The translations under genes and the position numbers were made by a program. Source: Eledone cirrhosa (Eukaryota). From it: a stretch of DNA of 64,000 nucleotides. The DNA is taken from contig OZ024743.1 in the NCBI GenBank assembly GCA_964016885.1, positions 150,040,001-150,104,000 of the forward strand. The letters are read 5' to 3'. Below, in pieces: positions 51,721-64,000 of the stretch. The notes under the pieces were generated by a model. The model worked only from the letters and a program-made list of their open reading frames with translations, did not search any database and was not told the DNA's origin. Each line of letters begins with the position of its first letter. The stretch's first letter is position 1.

Positions 51721-54700
51721 TAATAATGGTGATACTCTGATAGTATTCAATGGATTATTCACGAAAAACAAACATGATGATGATGATGATGATGCAAATG
51801 AGGAGGAGAATTACAATGTGGGCAGTATAAAATCCGTGTCCTTTCACTTCTCTAATAGCAAGGTTTCCTATTTACAACTTTCTGAGCTATCCCTCCTATC
51901 TGGCAACTGTTATAGCAGTCAAATGGAAAGAATGTTAAGCATAATAACCAGCTAACAGTAAAATGTAGTTGCATTGTATTCTACAATAGTTTACTATGGT
52001 CTGAATGAAAGGATTCAAAGGAAGGGATACCAATTTAAAAGCTTTCAGTAAAATTTTCTGATAGAACTTAAAGATAAACTCTTTAATTTAGTTACCAACT
52101 GTCAGTTGCAATTTGTGACGTTAATTATCAGAGATTTAATTATATAATTTTATTTATTTATTTATTTATCTTTTCATTCAGTATTTTATTCCTGTAGAAC
52201 TTGATAGTGACATCTAAAAAGAACAGTTTTCTTCAGAATCTACATCTAAGTCCACAGCACACCTATTATATAAACAAAACTTCAGTTAAATGAACCTGGA
52301 GTTGGATTTACAAAATTAGATGCTCTATCGCAATTAGACTTGACAACCTTTGTAGATAAACTATTTCTTCTATTTTGTTCACTCTTTTCATGCCTATTAT
52401 TTAACTGGTGATGTTTAATAGGTTCAGATTTAGTTTTGTTATAAATATTTTTCATCAATATTATCATATTTGTAGTAAATACAAAAAGTATTGGAAGGGT
52501 ATTGCAATTGTACAAACTTTGTTATTCAAAATCATCAGTAATATTATATTACATAGATTGTTACTAATATGCCAAACCTTTAGGTGAGGTGGCTCAGACA
52601 GAAATGCATGAGACAAAATGCTTTATAGATTTAGTTTCATACCACTTGGTTCAGTGTTGAGACTTTATTATATTGCTTTTAATCTCTGCAGAATGAAGAA
52701 AATAATTACTTGTAATATATTGGTCTTGTTCCAATTGCCTATATTTCTCCCTTGTAAAAGTTGGCTTATACCTAATCAAAATAATTTAATATCATATCAA
52801 ACTTTCAATAATCTTATATATGTTTTGTGGTATAGTTAATAGACCACTCAGTGTAACACATCATTTGGCACTAGGGTGCCATTAGTGGAGTATGTGCTGT
52901 TGCAAACATTCATACCATGTCTCCAGTTTAAGGATACATTTTCCCTCCCTCCAGCCTCAGAAGCCCTGAAAAGATTCACTGCCACTATCCTCCTTCCCTA
53001 AATAGTAGAAAATAAATAAAATTCTTTAATACCATGCAAACTCATAATGCTGTTTTTTATAACACACAATTATAATCACACTAAATTTCACTGCTACTTT
53101 AGTATCATAATCTATTAGCTGCTCACACACACAGGCACACAAGAAAGCTTGTGTTACTTTGTTGGAAAGCAAAACAAAGCTAAATGAAAACACAAGCTAT
53201 TTCTGATCACTATAATTAATAAAACCATTCTTCAAACATCTGTTATTTGAATTAATTAGATAAATAAGTAATGGACCAGTTTATTTGGAAACATTTTTCT
53301 GCTTAATGTTTACACATGGGGAAATAAAATAGCTCAATGTCCTTTTGTCTCTCATTTAGTCAAGTATACCTGTTCAGCTAAAGTTATGCACTAAACAAAA
53401 CTTCACTAATAATTCTTGTACAACAATGTGTATCACTTTATTGAAATATTTCATCAAATTTGTTTCTTTTTCCTTTTCTTACTTGGCATCATCATCAATC
53501 CCACCATTGCTGTCATCTTCATTGTTAATAGCATAAATTTGCCCCAGTTTTTCAGCTTAAGTTTCTTCACTGGCAACTTCTTTCTTTCTGAATTCTTGTG
53601 CTATTTCTCTATCTACTTTCCATTTCCATTCTTCCTTTCTCCATTTTAAATTATCTCTTTCTTTTATATATTGTGCTCTCTTTAATGTCAGCTCCACCTT
53701 CTGTTTCTCCTCCCTTCATCCATATTCTTTTCTCTCCCTCCGCCCATCCCAAGACCTTTATTATTATCACCTCCTCCCTTTCACTACCCCCCTCCACCAC
53801 CATCACACTATATTCTTTACTGTGTTATACCATTGAGAATGGTTTAACCACAAGGCTTTGTCAGTACTAATTTTAGCATCCTTATATAATCAGTGATGGA
53901 TCATCCCATAGCTATCTACTACTTCTCAACCACCCCACCCCCACCCCCATATCTCTGTGTTATGTGTTAAAATATAGGCCCAACATTCTACTTGTTGTGT
54001 TCAGCTAATTGAACTTGCCAGATGTCTTTATTTTTCACATTTTTGTTTCATTATTTTTTTGCTTGATTCTGCTCCTCCTTCTCTATCTCCTCCTCTTCAT
54101 CTTTCTCTTTGTGTGTGTGTCTCTCTCTTCTCTATTTGTTCTTTCTCTTCATTTTTGTATACAGCCATTGTGACCAGTGCTAATGAAGTAACATACCCTT
54201 GCCTCTAGGTTTTCTCTGCACTAAAAGAATGGTTTGAATTTCATGAATGATGAGGTTCCACTAATTAAAGCCTTAGATCAAACCAATCTCAGGGATTAGT
54301 GAAACAGTAACAGAAAAAGAAAACGAAACTGTCTGTATTTATGAAAGGGGGAGGATACATGTAGCAGCTTCAAAATTAATGTTGCAATTTCTTATATTTC
54401 TTACATTTCAATTATTTATGTTTTACATTTGTAATAATTTGTTCATCTTGTTGTTGTTTCAACAGGAAAATCAATACCTTTAGTATAATTCTGAACTAGA
54501 ATGACTAATAAGCTAAGCTGCTTTCTTCTTGTGTATATTATTACTTCTTTTTCTAATGCTATCTTGTTCAAAAGAACATTAGACTTGCTTATTTTCATTC
54601 ATGTTTTTCCCCTCTCTATTCTTGTTTTATTTTAAATCTCCAAATAAATAAAATCTGGCTAAAGATAGCAATAAAATTGGTATGATCGTAATAACAAAAT

Positions 54701-54772
54701 AAAGATAGCAATGATGGATATTAGAGGGAGTCTGGCCATTATTCTGTTCCTTTAGTGTTATTTAAAACAATT

Positions 54773-54828
<56 letters not shown>

Positions 54829-54838
54829 CCCTCTCTTG

Positions 54839-54869
<31 letters not shown>

Positions 54870-55369
54870 TGTGCAATAGAGAGAAACATGTAAATCAGAG
54901 GAGCTATGCTTGTTCTTTTTGTGAAAGGATTTGAATCCTAGGGTTCATTGCATCAATGTTAAATATATAAGAAGTGTCTATAGACTATTCCATGTCCACA
55001 TCACACTTCTTAGCTTTGTATATCCAATTATTCAAACATAACATGAATGTAAAACAGTAATATTCATGCAGGTATGTAAATTTTAGGTGGAAGAAACAAG
55101 CCTCTTCTTTCAGTTCATATTTTCCTATACCTTTTCATTTATTTTCTCCTCACATTTCTACATCATTTTCTCTTCTTTTTTGAGTCTCCATCTTTTTTTT
55201 TTACACACACACACAGTTATAAATATCTATTTCTTTTTCTTCCTAGTTTATCCTGTATTTGTTTTGTCCATCTCTAAATTAAATATACTTCAGTAAACTT
55301 TAAAGTTATTCCTAACAGTCATCACAATATACCCACAACTTAAACCTCAAGTCAACAAGGGATCACCCA

Positions 55370-56285
55370 GCCTGCAAGAATTAGCAGCCAAATCTCCCTC
55401 ATATCACTTCTCATCAGCATAATAAAGAAAGAGCACATTACATAATTTAATCCTAAGTATATTATGTTTAAATAAAAGACAGGATGTTCATGGCTAGAAC
55501 CTCTTTGATTATAGATTTGCCTTGTCTAAGGGCTGACCTAGAGCTAAATAGCAACAACAAACTTCAAATTTTGATTGGGTTTTTCATATCATGTAAGTTT
55601 TTACTCTGTGATATCCCAATTTTTCAATAACTGCCATAAAATTTACTTGATTACCTTTGTTCTATACTTCTACTGTTAGTTTTTGTGCTGAAATAAACTG
55701 ATTCAGTGATTGTCATATATTAAATTGGTTCCTAAATCTGAACACTTGAGTAGATACATCAGCATAACAAGGTGTACCTGGATTCAGTGACCCTATTAAA
55801 CCTAAGAATATGTCTAACTTCTCAGGCACCAAAATGCCTGTCTGTTTTGGCTACTTCATCACTCTTGTATCACACCCTAATATCTTAAAAAGAAGCATAC
55901 ATAGATAATGTAGTTCTAGATAAAATGTCTGAAAAAAAATAAGATACTCATGGCTCAAATGCCTTTAATCTTAGGTCTACTCAATCAGTGCTGATCTAGG
56001 TCTAAGCAACAATGACAACCTTTGTTTATTTATGCATTCTTCAACATTGCTTCACTGTCAGTGTCTTAAGTTTACTCGTAATAACTACTAGAATTCACAT
56101 GAGCCAAATTGGTAGCTTCTATAAAGACACCGAATCTGCTAGAAAGAGCAATGAAACCGTTTCAAATTATAACCTACTTTCTTAAATAAAGCAGGTTACA
56201 TTAAACAATTTAGTCATTGATACACAACAAGGCAGGATTGTTAATATTGTAATCCTGCTTGATCAGAATTGACTTAAAACAACCA
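55370..56285 (+). repeat. Three degraded copies of an unclassified interspersed repeat (~55370-55560, ~55860-56015, ~56135-56285)
   Basis: Shared CTGC.AGAA..AGCA, CATGGCT, GCTGA.CTAG..CTAA..AACAA motifs. Confidence 0.55.
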
Positions 56286-57365
56286 AAAATCTTCTCCAAT
56301 ATAGAAATACCATAACCACTGACACTTCCAGTTGTTTACAAGCAAATTATCCTGTTAAACTTATGATCTACGATATTCAGTTCCAATTTAAGAATATATA
56401 CTGCCATCTTTAATAACATAGTTTCATTTATTTCTATATAGTTTGTTTTATTTATATTTAACCAGACATTATTTATTTTCTTTTAATCAAAATTTGCTGC
56501 TGTAATTACTTCCAAATTTTGGCTGAAAGAATCCAGTTAGACAATATAGTTTCTTAATAAAAGACTAGGTTGACTTGTTGGGTTAGTATTTATTTCTCTT
56601 TTTAGGTATTGTTATTGTTTCTTCATCAACATCATTATTGTTTTATGTTTATTTGTTCAATCTATTTTAAGGTTAATGATAGAAAAACATAGCTTTTACC
56701 CACCCACACCACACCAACATCACTCACAATCTATTTACAATTGGGACAAAATTCTTTAAACATAAATCTCAGTCTAATTCCGGTTGCTTCTTGAGCCTTG
56801 CTTTTCTTTCTTTCTTATTATTTCCTACATATCTTTTTATAGCTTTCATTTGTCTTTTTTTAATATTCTCTCTTATTCAATATTGTTTTTAGTTATTCCA
56901 TTATATATTTTTCAACACAAATGATAAATATTTTAGCATTCTTGAACTTTAGAACTGTTGATATTAGTAGCTTATACTGCTGTTGTATAACTTGCAGTAG
57001 TAGTAGTAGTTATTGTTGTTGTTGTTGTAGTAGTATGTCTGAAAGAAAAAGAGGATAAAAAATGTGTATTCTTAAGGGAAATGGCTTTTCAAAGAAAGCG
57101 AAGGCTTTAAATTTCTGTTTCTTATCGATTAAATCTGAAGAACAAAAAGCATTTATCAGAGAATCACTCAAGGTTCACTTTCATCAAGACAGGTCTAACT
57201 GAAAATAGTCTAACTACAGTAAGTAAACTCTACTATTACTACTACTTCCACTATTACCATGCTGGCATCTAAATAATATGTAATTGGTACGCTTTTATCT
57301 GGCATCTTTAAATTTGGTGAAAAGTCTATCAATCTAGATTGAAATGCTTCTTTTGTTTGATACTA

Positions 57366-57367
<2 letters not shown>

Positions 57368-57424
<57 letters not shown>
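57368..57424. repeat. (GT)n microsatellite
   Basis: Directly visible. Confidence 0.97.
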
Positions 57425-57426
<2 letters not shown>

Positions 57427-58164
57427 CATCTCCCTATTTTGGTTCTGTCAATCTGTGAATTAGTCCTTGTATCAACCTGAAATTTTGTGTACACTTGAAA
57501 TTCATTAAACACACCTGACAGAATACATATTCAGATATTTACAAATAAACATTGTGAGGAAACATGTGTATGTTTATGTGAGTTTATTCGTCTCTGTATT
57601 TTTGAACTCTCATATCAATTCTTAAATAGGCCTAATGTTTAATACAGTGTATATGATGACATAAATCTATCTGTCTATCTATAAATATGCATACATGTGT
57701 TTATATATATGTGTATGTGTGTACACATGCATGTGCACATCTACACCCACATAAAGATACAGATGTGCATTGATAAAGTAATGTCTACATTTACTGAGTG
57801 GTTCAGATCTGGTGTTTAAATGGGGTTTTCTTTATGAAGTTTTTAAAAGATTTTTCTGTTTTCTTTTGAGCACAGTTCTCACTATCTAGTTTGGTAGGCT
57901 TTGGATATTTCCAGTGTTTTCCATATGTGCTTTTCTTTTAATTTCCAAAAGTAATCATCTAATATTACAGTGCTCTTTTTCTGCATTTAAAATAGGATTT
58001 CTGATTATAAAATTTCTGTTTAAATATTCCATCTGCCATACTGATGTAATGTTTATGTGTCTCTGCTAAGTTGGATTCTATTGAAACCTACGTACATTCC
58101 TACATACATAGATACACACACACACATACACACATCATACATACATATATACATGCATGCATGA

Positions 58165-58512
58165 TGGCTGCCCTCTTGTTATTGCGTATGGCCATTGCAT
58201 GATATACCATTATTAATAATTATTAATTAATTCTATCGTGCAATGCCTGTGCGTGAAGATATTTTTTAAAGTGAGGAAAGACTGTGCACTGAGCCAATCC
58301 CACTCTCTGAGCGACAATAGCTATAACCGAAAAGAAGAAAAGATCAACATCATCAGTAACTACTGAGCCGCAGGTTTTATATCGGAGTTATCTCAGTTTC
58401 CTGAGTTGCCTTCTCCTAGAAGAATGCCCTGACAAAGGCTAGGGGTCCTTCACTCCTAGTGGTTTAACCGCGCGATCAGGTGTCCAGCCCGACCATTTCT
58501 ATGTCCCCGCGC
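58165..58512. repeat. CpG-rich unclassified insert in a (TACA)n tract, probably repeat-derived
   Basis: Sharp composition change between microsatellite flanks; contains hairpin 58182-58253. Confidence 0.45.
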
Positions 58513-59981
58513 ATATACATACACATGCACCCATGAATATACACATATACATACATATGTACATGTGTATATACATATTTACACACTTTTGGTTGGCCGT
58601 TGATTCTTATGAGTTCTTCCGCCCTACATACATACATACATAAATACATTCTTATGTGTGTGTATGTGTTTATGTGTATACTTTTCTATACATATATTTA
58701 TATATTTTGAAAAGATGTTAGCCAAAATGATGATAACTATAAATAATAATTGAACAAGTTATGTACTTCACACACATGTTTATAAGCACATTTAATTGTA
58801 TTTATGTGAGTATGTATGTATACAGACATATATACACATACATGCTTATGAATTTTCTATTTTGATATCACCTTAAGAATATATCAGGATCAAAATACTT
58901 CCATATGGAAATTTAATGTTACCTTTTATGCGTAATGGAGGTCATCTTTTATTTATTTATTTTTACTCTCTCACTATTCTTGCTATTTCAAAGACTATAG
59001 ACAATATATCATTTGTGCTCTCTTAGTTTCCTATGGTTTCTGAAACAAAATTAGATAGATTCATTTAAAACAAAACTAATGTAAAAAAAAAAATATGAAA
59101 CAAAATATAAGAAAAAAATCCTCATATCTTTTGACATTTCTTTTATTCTATCCTGTTGCAGCCCAATGGAAAAAGTAAATCAGTAGCTTGAAGGTGAACC
59201 TTCATAACATTTACATGATATATTAGAAACTAGTGAGATATGCTTTCAGAGCAGATAATTTCTTTGTACATAAAGAAATAAATTGCTATGAGATACAATG
59301 TAGTCTCTGGCCAAAAGTTCACTGATGCTATGAAACCTTTAAAATGGGATACATTCATTCTTTATCTTAATTCATTAAATGAAGACCTAAAAAGGCTAGG
59401 AGAAGCAATAGACTTAATGTGCAAATAAAAACCCAAAGGGTCAACTGTAAGAGTGGTTACAGTGACACAAATGTCTTATATAGCAGAACTGAAGTAACGT
59501 GTATCAGCATAAGATATGTGCGTGTATGTGTATCAAAGTGGTTATTTTTTATATTCTATCTTCTGGATATCAACTTGACATCTCCAGTTTATATTATACA
59601 TCCTTTTAATTCTACTTTTGTTTGTATTTATAACTTAATTTATCTGGATGCAAAGTATCACATTAATACACTTCCAATATGATATCTATGTAAAGTAAGT
59701 ATGTATACAGATCGATTTCTATGTATATAAAAGCTTACTAATTTAAAGGAAGTTGCCTTGTTTTATAAGAAAAAACACAGTGTGATATTGAGTATTATAT
59801 CATATATACCTATATATAGACCTTCATTGAGTATAATGTACAGTTAGATTTTCTGGTATTTTGACAGTGAACCGAAATTTTGGTTCCACTAATTGGACTA
59901 AGGTATCAGTAAGAGAAGACATCAACTTAAATTGAAATGTTTAAGTGGTTCACTACATATTATTCTGTAATGTAAATATTA

Positions 59982-60085
59982 TAATTGTTTCTACGTTTGG
60001 CACAAGGTCAGCAATTACCCAGTTCATTACTGGTACTTTATTTTATCGACCCCGTAAGGATGAAAGGCAAAGTCAACCTCGGCAG
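59982..60085 (-). mobile_element. 5'-truncated SINE family B
   Basis: TTGTTTCTAC.TTTGGCACAAGG...TATCGACCCCGTAAGGATGAAAGGCAAAGTCAACCTCGGC. Confidence 0.88.
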
Positions 60086-62444
60086 TGATAGTCGTGGAGC
60101 TAGTAACAGCAAAGGAGTTAGTGGGCAAGGGAAATAGAAAAAAAACTTTTTTATTTCCTATTTATGTTCTATGTAAAAGGAAAACCATGATAAAACATAA
60201 GAATTACTTGAAAAAGAATGGTTTTATTATGGTTCATTAACTGAATAAAATTTATTAATAGCAAAAGTTGCTTCACTCAGACAATTTAGTAAAGTATAAT
60301 CCTTCTTCATTTCTAAAGTTACATATACACACACAACCACACACACACACACACACATGCACATATATGTTTTTTAAAATCACTACACAAGTCTTTCCTA
60401 TCATTGTATAAATTTTAACTATTACATATATCAGATTGTTTACGATGAAATAAGTTTAAATTTATCTTTCAATTAATCTGGTTTAGTTATTTTGTTAAGA
60501 AAGTATATACAGTGATTGTTCTCATGTATCTTCATCTTCCTTTTCCCATACTGGCAGAGATAATTTCCACACATCTTAATCCTGTGTCATCTCTATAAAG
60601 CTCAATCTATTTAATTCCATGTTTTCCTTGATCTGCTTCCACCATTGTTATCTTTCCCTATTGTCTGCAGCAGAAATACATTGCCCAGCTTATATTACAT
60701 GACTGCACCTCCCCAGTTGTTAAGCCTGCACATACTATATAGTGACTTTTACATATAGAGTTGCACTTTCATTTATATATATATGTATGCGTATATGAAT
60801 ATATATATATATAGAGAGAGAGAGGGGGGGGGTGTGCATGTTTATACATATATATATATATTTATCAAATTGACTCTTACAGAACCAGTACCGTTTACTT
60901 TATTCTAGAGAATTATAAAGTCACACAACTTCTAAAAGAATTAGTCAAATAAGGGCTCATCATTTTAATCAACTAAAATATATCCATTCTACCATTTACA
61001 TATATATACATATACATACACACATATGTGTGTGTGTATTAAACCCATCCCAATATGGAAACAAATCATCATCACCGTTTTACCTCTATATATATATATA
61101 TATATATGCTAGCGTGGAAGATAGACGTTAAACATTGATGATGATGATGATGATGATATGTGTGTGTGTGCATGCACATATGCCTGTGCTTTACTGCGCA
61201 TATATTTGATTCTGAATACAGTTATATTCATTACAATATTTGTTGTCTTTCTATGACATTCTAATTTAATTGTAACCAGCATAAATGTACATATGTGTAT
61301 TTTGTGTTGTCATTACTGGTCATATCTCTATTGCTTAGCTTTATATGCTGCATTTATTATGTTAAAAATAAATAAAAAAAACAACACCGCTAATATAAAA
61401 ACATTAAAAAAATTAATCCCTCTCCTCAAAATTATTAGAAATAACTGAATAAAATCTTTATAAAAACTTTATTTATTTAGGTCTAGGTATGTAGTGAGTG
61501 AGGGGGAAATTATTGTATATGTGTCTGAATAATTCTAAATCCATCTGTATATTACTTGGTTGCACATATACAAACATAGACATAAACCCATACACATTAC
61601 TACTGCCATACGCACTCACCTTTTTGCTTTTCCACAAACATACTTATGTACACATACTCAAACACATACACATGCTAATGTAAGATTCCATTCAAGGGCC
61701 AGATTTAGAATACATTGGGAAGCAGTGCTTATCTTTTTAAAATTTTGACTATACTCTGCTTAGAAATTCTAGAAAATGAAGAAAATGGGAGGTGGGAATT
61801 TTCTTTAGAATCCCTCTGAAAGTTATTTTGAGAAAATAAAGGACATACAATCATGGGTGGGGGTGTTATGTTCTGGATAAATCACACAAGAAAAGAAATA
61901 TTAAATAATAATAACGATGATAATAATAATACATTTCTTTTTACTTTTCAAATGATTCATCATCAACTGTAATATAGATGTCTGTGTGCAGCATTTTTTT
62001 TATTCATGGTGTTTATTTTTTTCTGTGAATGGAGATCAAGTAGATGGGATAGGGAAGAGAAGAAAAAAAAGGTCCCTACACTCCGCTCATCCTCAAATGC
62101 TGTAAAACATAAAGTCATAATAAATAAAGGGAGGAACAGCTGAGTAAATAAAAGGAAGCATTTTGAATCCTACTATTTATATGGGTGAAAGCTGCTTATT
62201 GAAATATTGAAAAATCAATATGAAAAGAAAAGGATACAGTAATAAGATGTAGTTGTGTGGTGTGTTGGAGGAAGCTGGGTGAAATATGCACCCAATTACA
62301 GTGAGTGAAGAGAAAGAAAAGAATTAAATAAAGAAAAGAAGTTTTGGTATACACCACACTGTTTCTAACTAAATTATTTTATTCCTGAAATCCATTTCTA
62401 TTCTTGCAATTGTATATATATTTATTACTATTATTATTATTAAC

Positions 62445-62845
62445 AATAATGATAATAATGATTTCTACTATAGGCCAGCAATTTGGGGGAAGGGGAAGTC
62501 AATTAAATTGACTCCAGTGCATTACTGGTACTTTATTTATCGACCACATAAGGATGACAGGCAAATCTAACCTCGGCGGGATTTGAGCTCAGACCTTAAA
62601 GAACAGTAACTATATGCTGCAAAGCATGTTGTCTGATGCTCTACCGATACTGCCAATAATAATTGTTCTACGTTAGGCACAAGGCCAGCAATTACCCAGT
62701 GCATTACTGGTACTTTATTTTATCGACCCCGTAAGGATGAAAGGCAAAGTTAACCTCGGCGGGATTTGAACTCAGAATGGCAAGGGCCGTAACTCTATGC
62801 ATCAAAGCAGGGCGTCCGACCCTCTACCGATACTGCCAATCCACC
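62445..62845 (-). mobile_element. Two SINE family B copies head to tail (62445-62657 long variant, 62658-62845 short variant)
   Basis: Both end in CTCTACCGATACTGCCAAT on the + strand. Confidence 0.9.
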
Positions 62846-63131
62846 TAATATTTCAAATGAGGAAACGAGGCTAACAATTTGTTGTGAGGGGAAAGTCAAT
62901 TAAATCAACCCTAATAGACTATAGATAAATGAAAATCTAAGTTGGTAAGATCAACTTTGCTTTTCATTCTTCCAGTGTCAACAAAATACTAGTTAAGTAC
63001 TGGGTTCGAGACAATTGCTCCCTGGTACATATTTTAAGAAATTATTGTTGAGATTGTTATGAGATAGTACCTGTCTTCACTTGGATAGATCAGCTAGTGT
63101 TTAGGTTCTAGACTGAACATTTCTGTTAGTA

Positions 63132-63264
63132 TTTAACTTCTAACATCCTGTAACATCCTAAGTGCTGTTTAGTACTTTTCAAGAACTGAAAAATACAAAA
63201 TAACATTTGAATTAACAAACCCAGATATTTTCTACTAAATCAGTACAGGATGTTAAAAGTTAAA
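63132..63264. repeat. Imperfect inverted repeat, MITE-like
   Basis: TTTAACTTCTAACATCCTGTA (63132-63152) vs TACAGGATGTTAAAAGTTAAA (63244-63264), 20/21 complementary. Confidence 0.65.
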
Positions 63265-64000
63265 AAGGAAGAGAACCAGAAAATGAAAAATTCTGTTATT
63301 TTGGCATATAAAATATAAAAATAATTACTATTATTATTGCATATAAATAGGTGTGTTTATATATAAAGTGCCTATTTGTAAGTAGCAGTACAGTTAATCT
63401 AGGTATATATAGATATAGAATGACAGTAATTTGATACCAAATGGTGAGCTAGACAATAAATTTTTGCCAGAGTGTATGTGTATATATGTGTGTATGTGTG
63501 TTCGTGTGTCTGTCTATATATGTATGTCCGTGTGTCTGTCTACGTATGTGTGTGCATACCTATGTATGTATGTGTGTGCATACCTATGTATGTATGTGTG
63601 TGTATGTATATGTATATATATGTAAATACACATACTTATATATATATATAAGTATTGTTCATATAGGGGCTTATATGCTTTACTTGACCAACTATTTTCT
63701 AGTTAAATCTGCATGGTAGCAGCTCACAATATGTTAACATACTTTCAAAATTTAAATATGCACATCGCTTTGTAAAATGATTATATTATATTAAATTTGA
63801 CCTTTTTTGTAACTATTTATTTTCTTTGTTTTAAATATATTATCTTCATTCATTACTTAATTTCAAAATTTTTCTTCATACATATTTTTTTTACCATGTA
63901 GGAACTATACTTTAATTTATTTTCCAAGATGTAACAATTGTTATTTTCCAGCTAGGCTCCCTTCTACTTTAAATATTTAATATTTCTATAATTGTGTTGG

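Noticed and set aside
54140-55075. Several AG acceptors (54163, 54208, 54465) and a donor at 55071
   Set aside because: No open, compositionally coding frame between them; such sites are common by chance in T-rich introns

Overview
AT-rich, microsatellite-dense animal genomic DNA. The repeat landscape (tRNA-derived SINEs with (ATG)n/(ATT)n tails, RTE and Tx1 LINEs, huge (TA)n tracts) resembles a cephalopod, probably Octopus; this is recognition from memory, not a database result. Most of the window looks intronic. Two short + strand exon candidates (13911-13958 and 28361-28483) splice in frame into an unidentified protein. The rest is decayed retroelements: a near full-length RTE LINE (~41480-44691), a 5'-truncated Tx1/L1-clade LINE (18495-21011, -), an old RTE RT (~26230-28066), three SINE families and several MITEs. 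Nearly all listed ORFs are microsatellite or repeat artefacts. The most striking unexplained structure is a family of short non-coding fold-back elements (3511-3906 and 45295-45734) with perfect 105 and 163 bp inverted arms. Each arm encodes a type I hammerhead ribozyme (CUGANGA...GAAA, AUA cleavage site). Stem II differs completely in sequence between the two copies but keeps the same fold, which points to Penelope-like/retrozyme-type non-autonomous elements. Further decayed hammerhead families occur at ~4820, 5513, 40596 and 40733.
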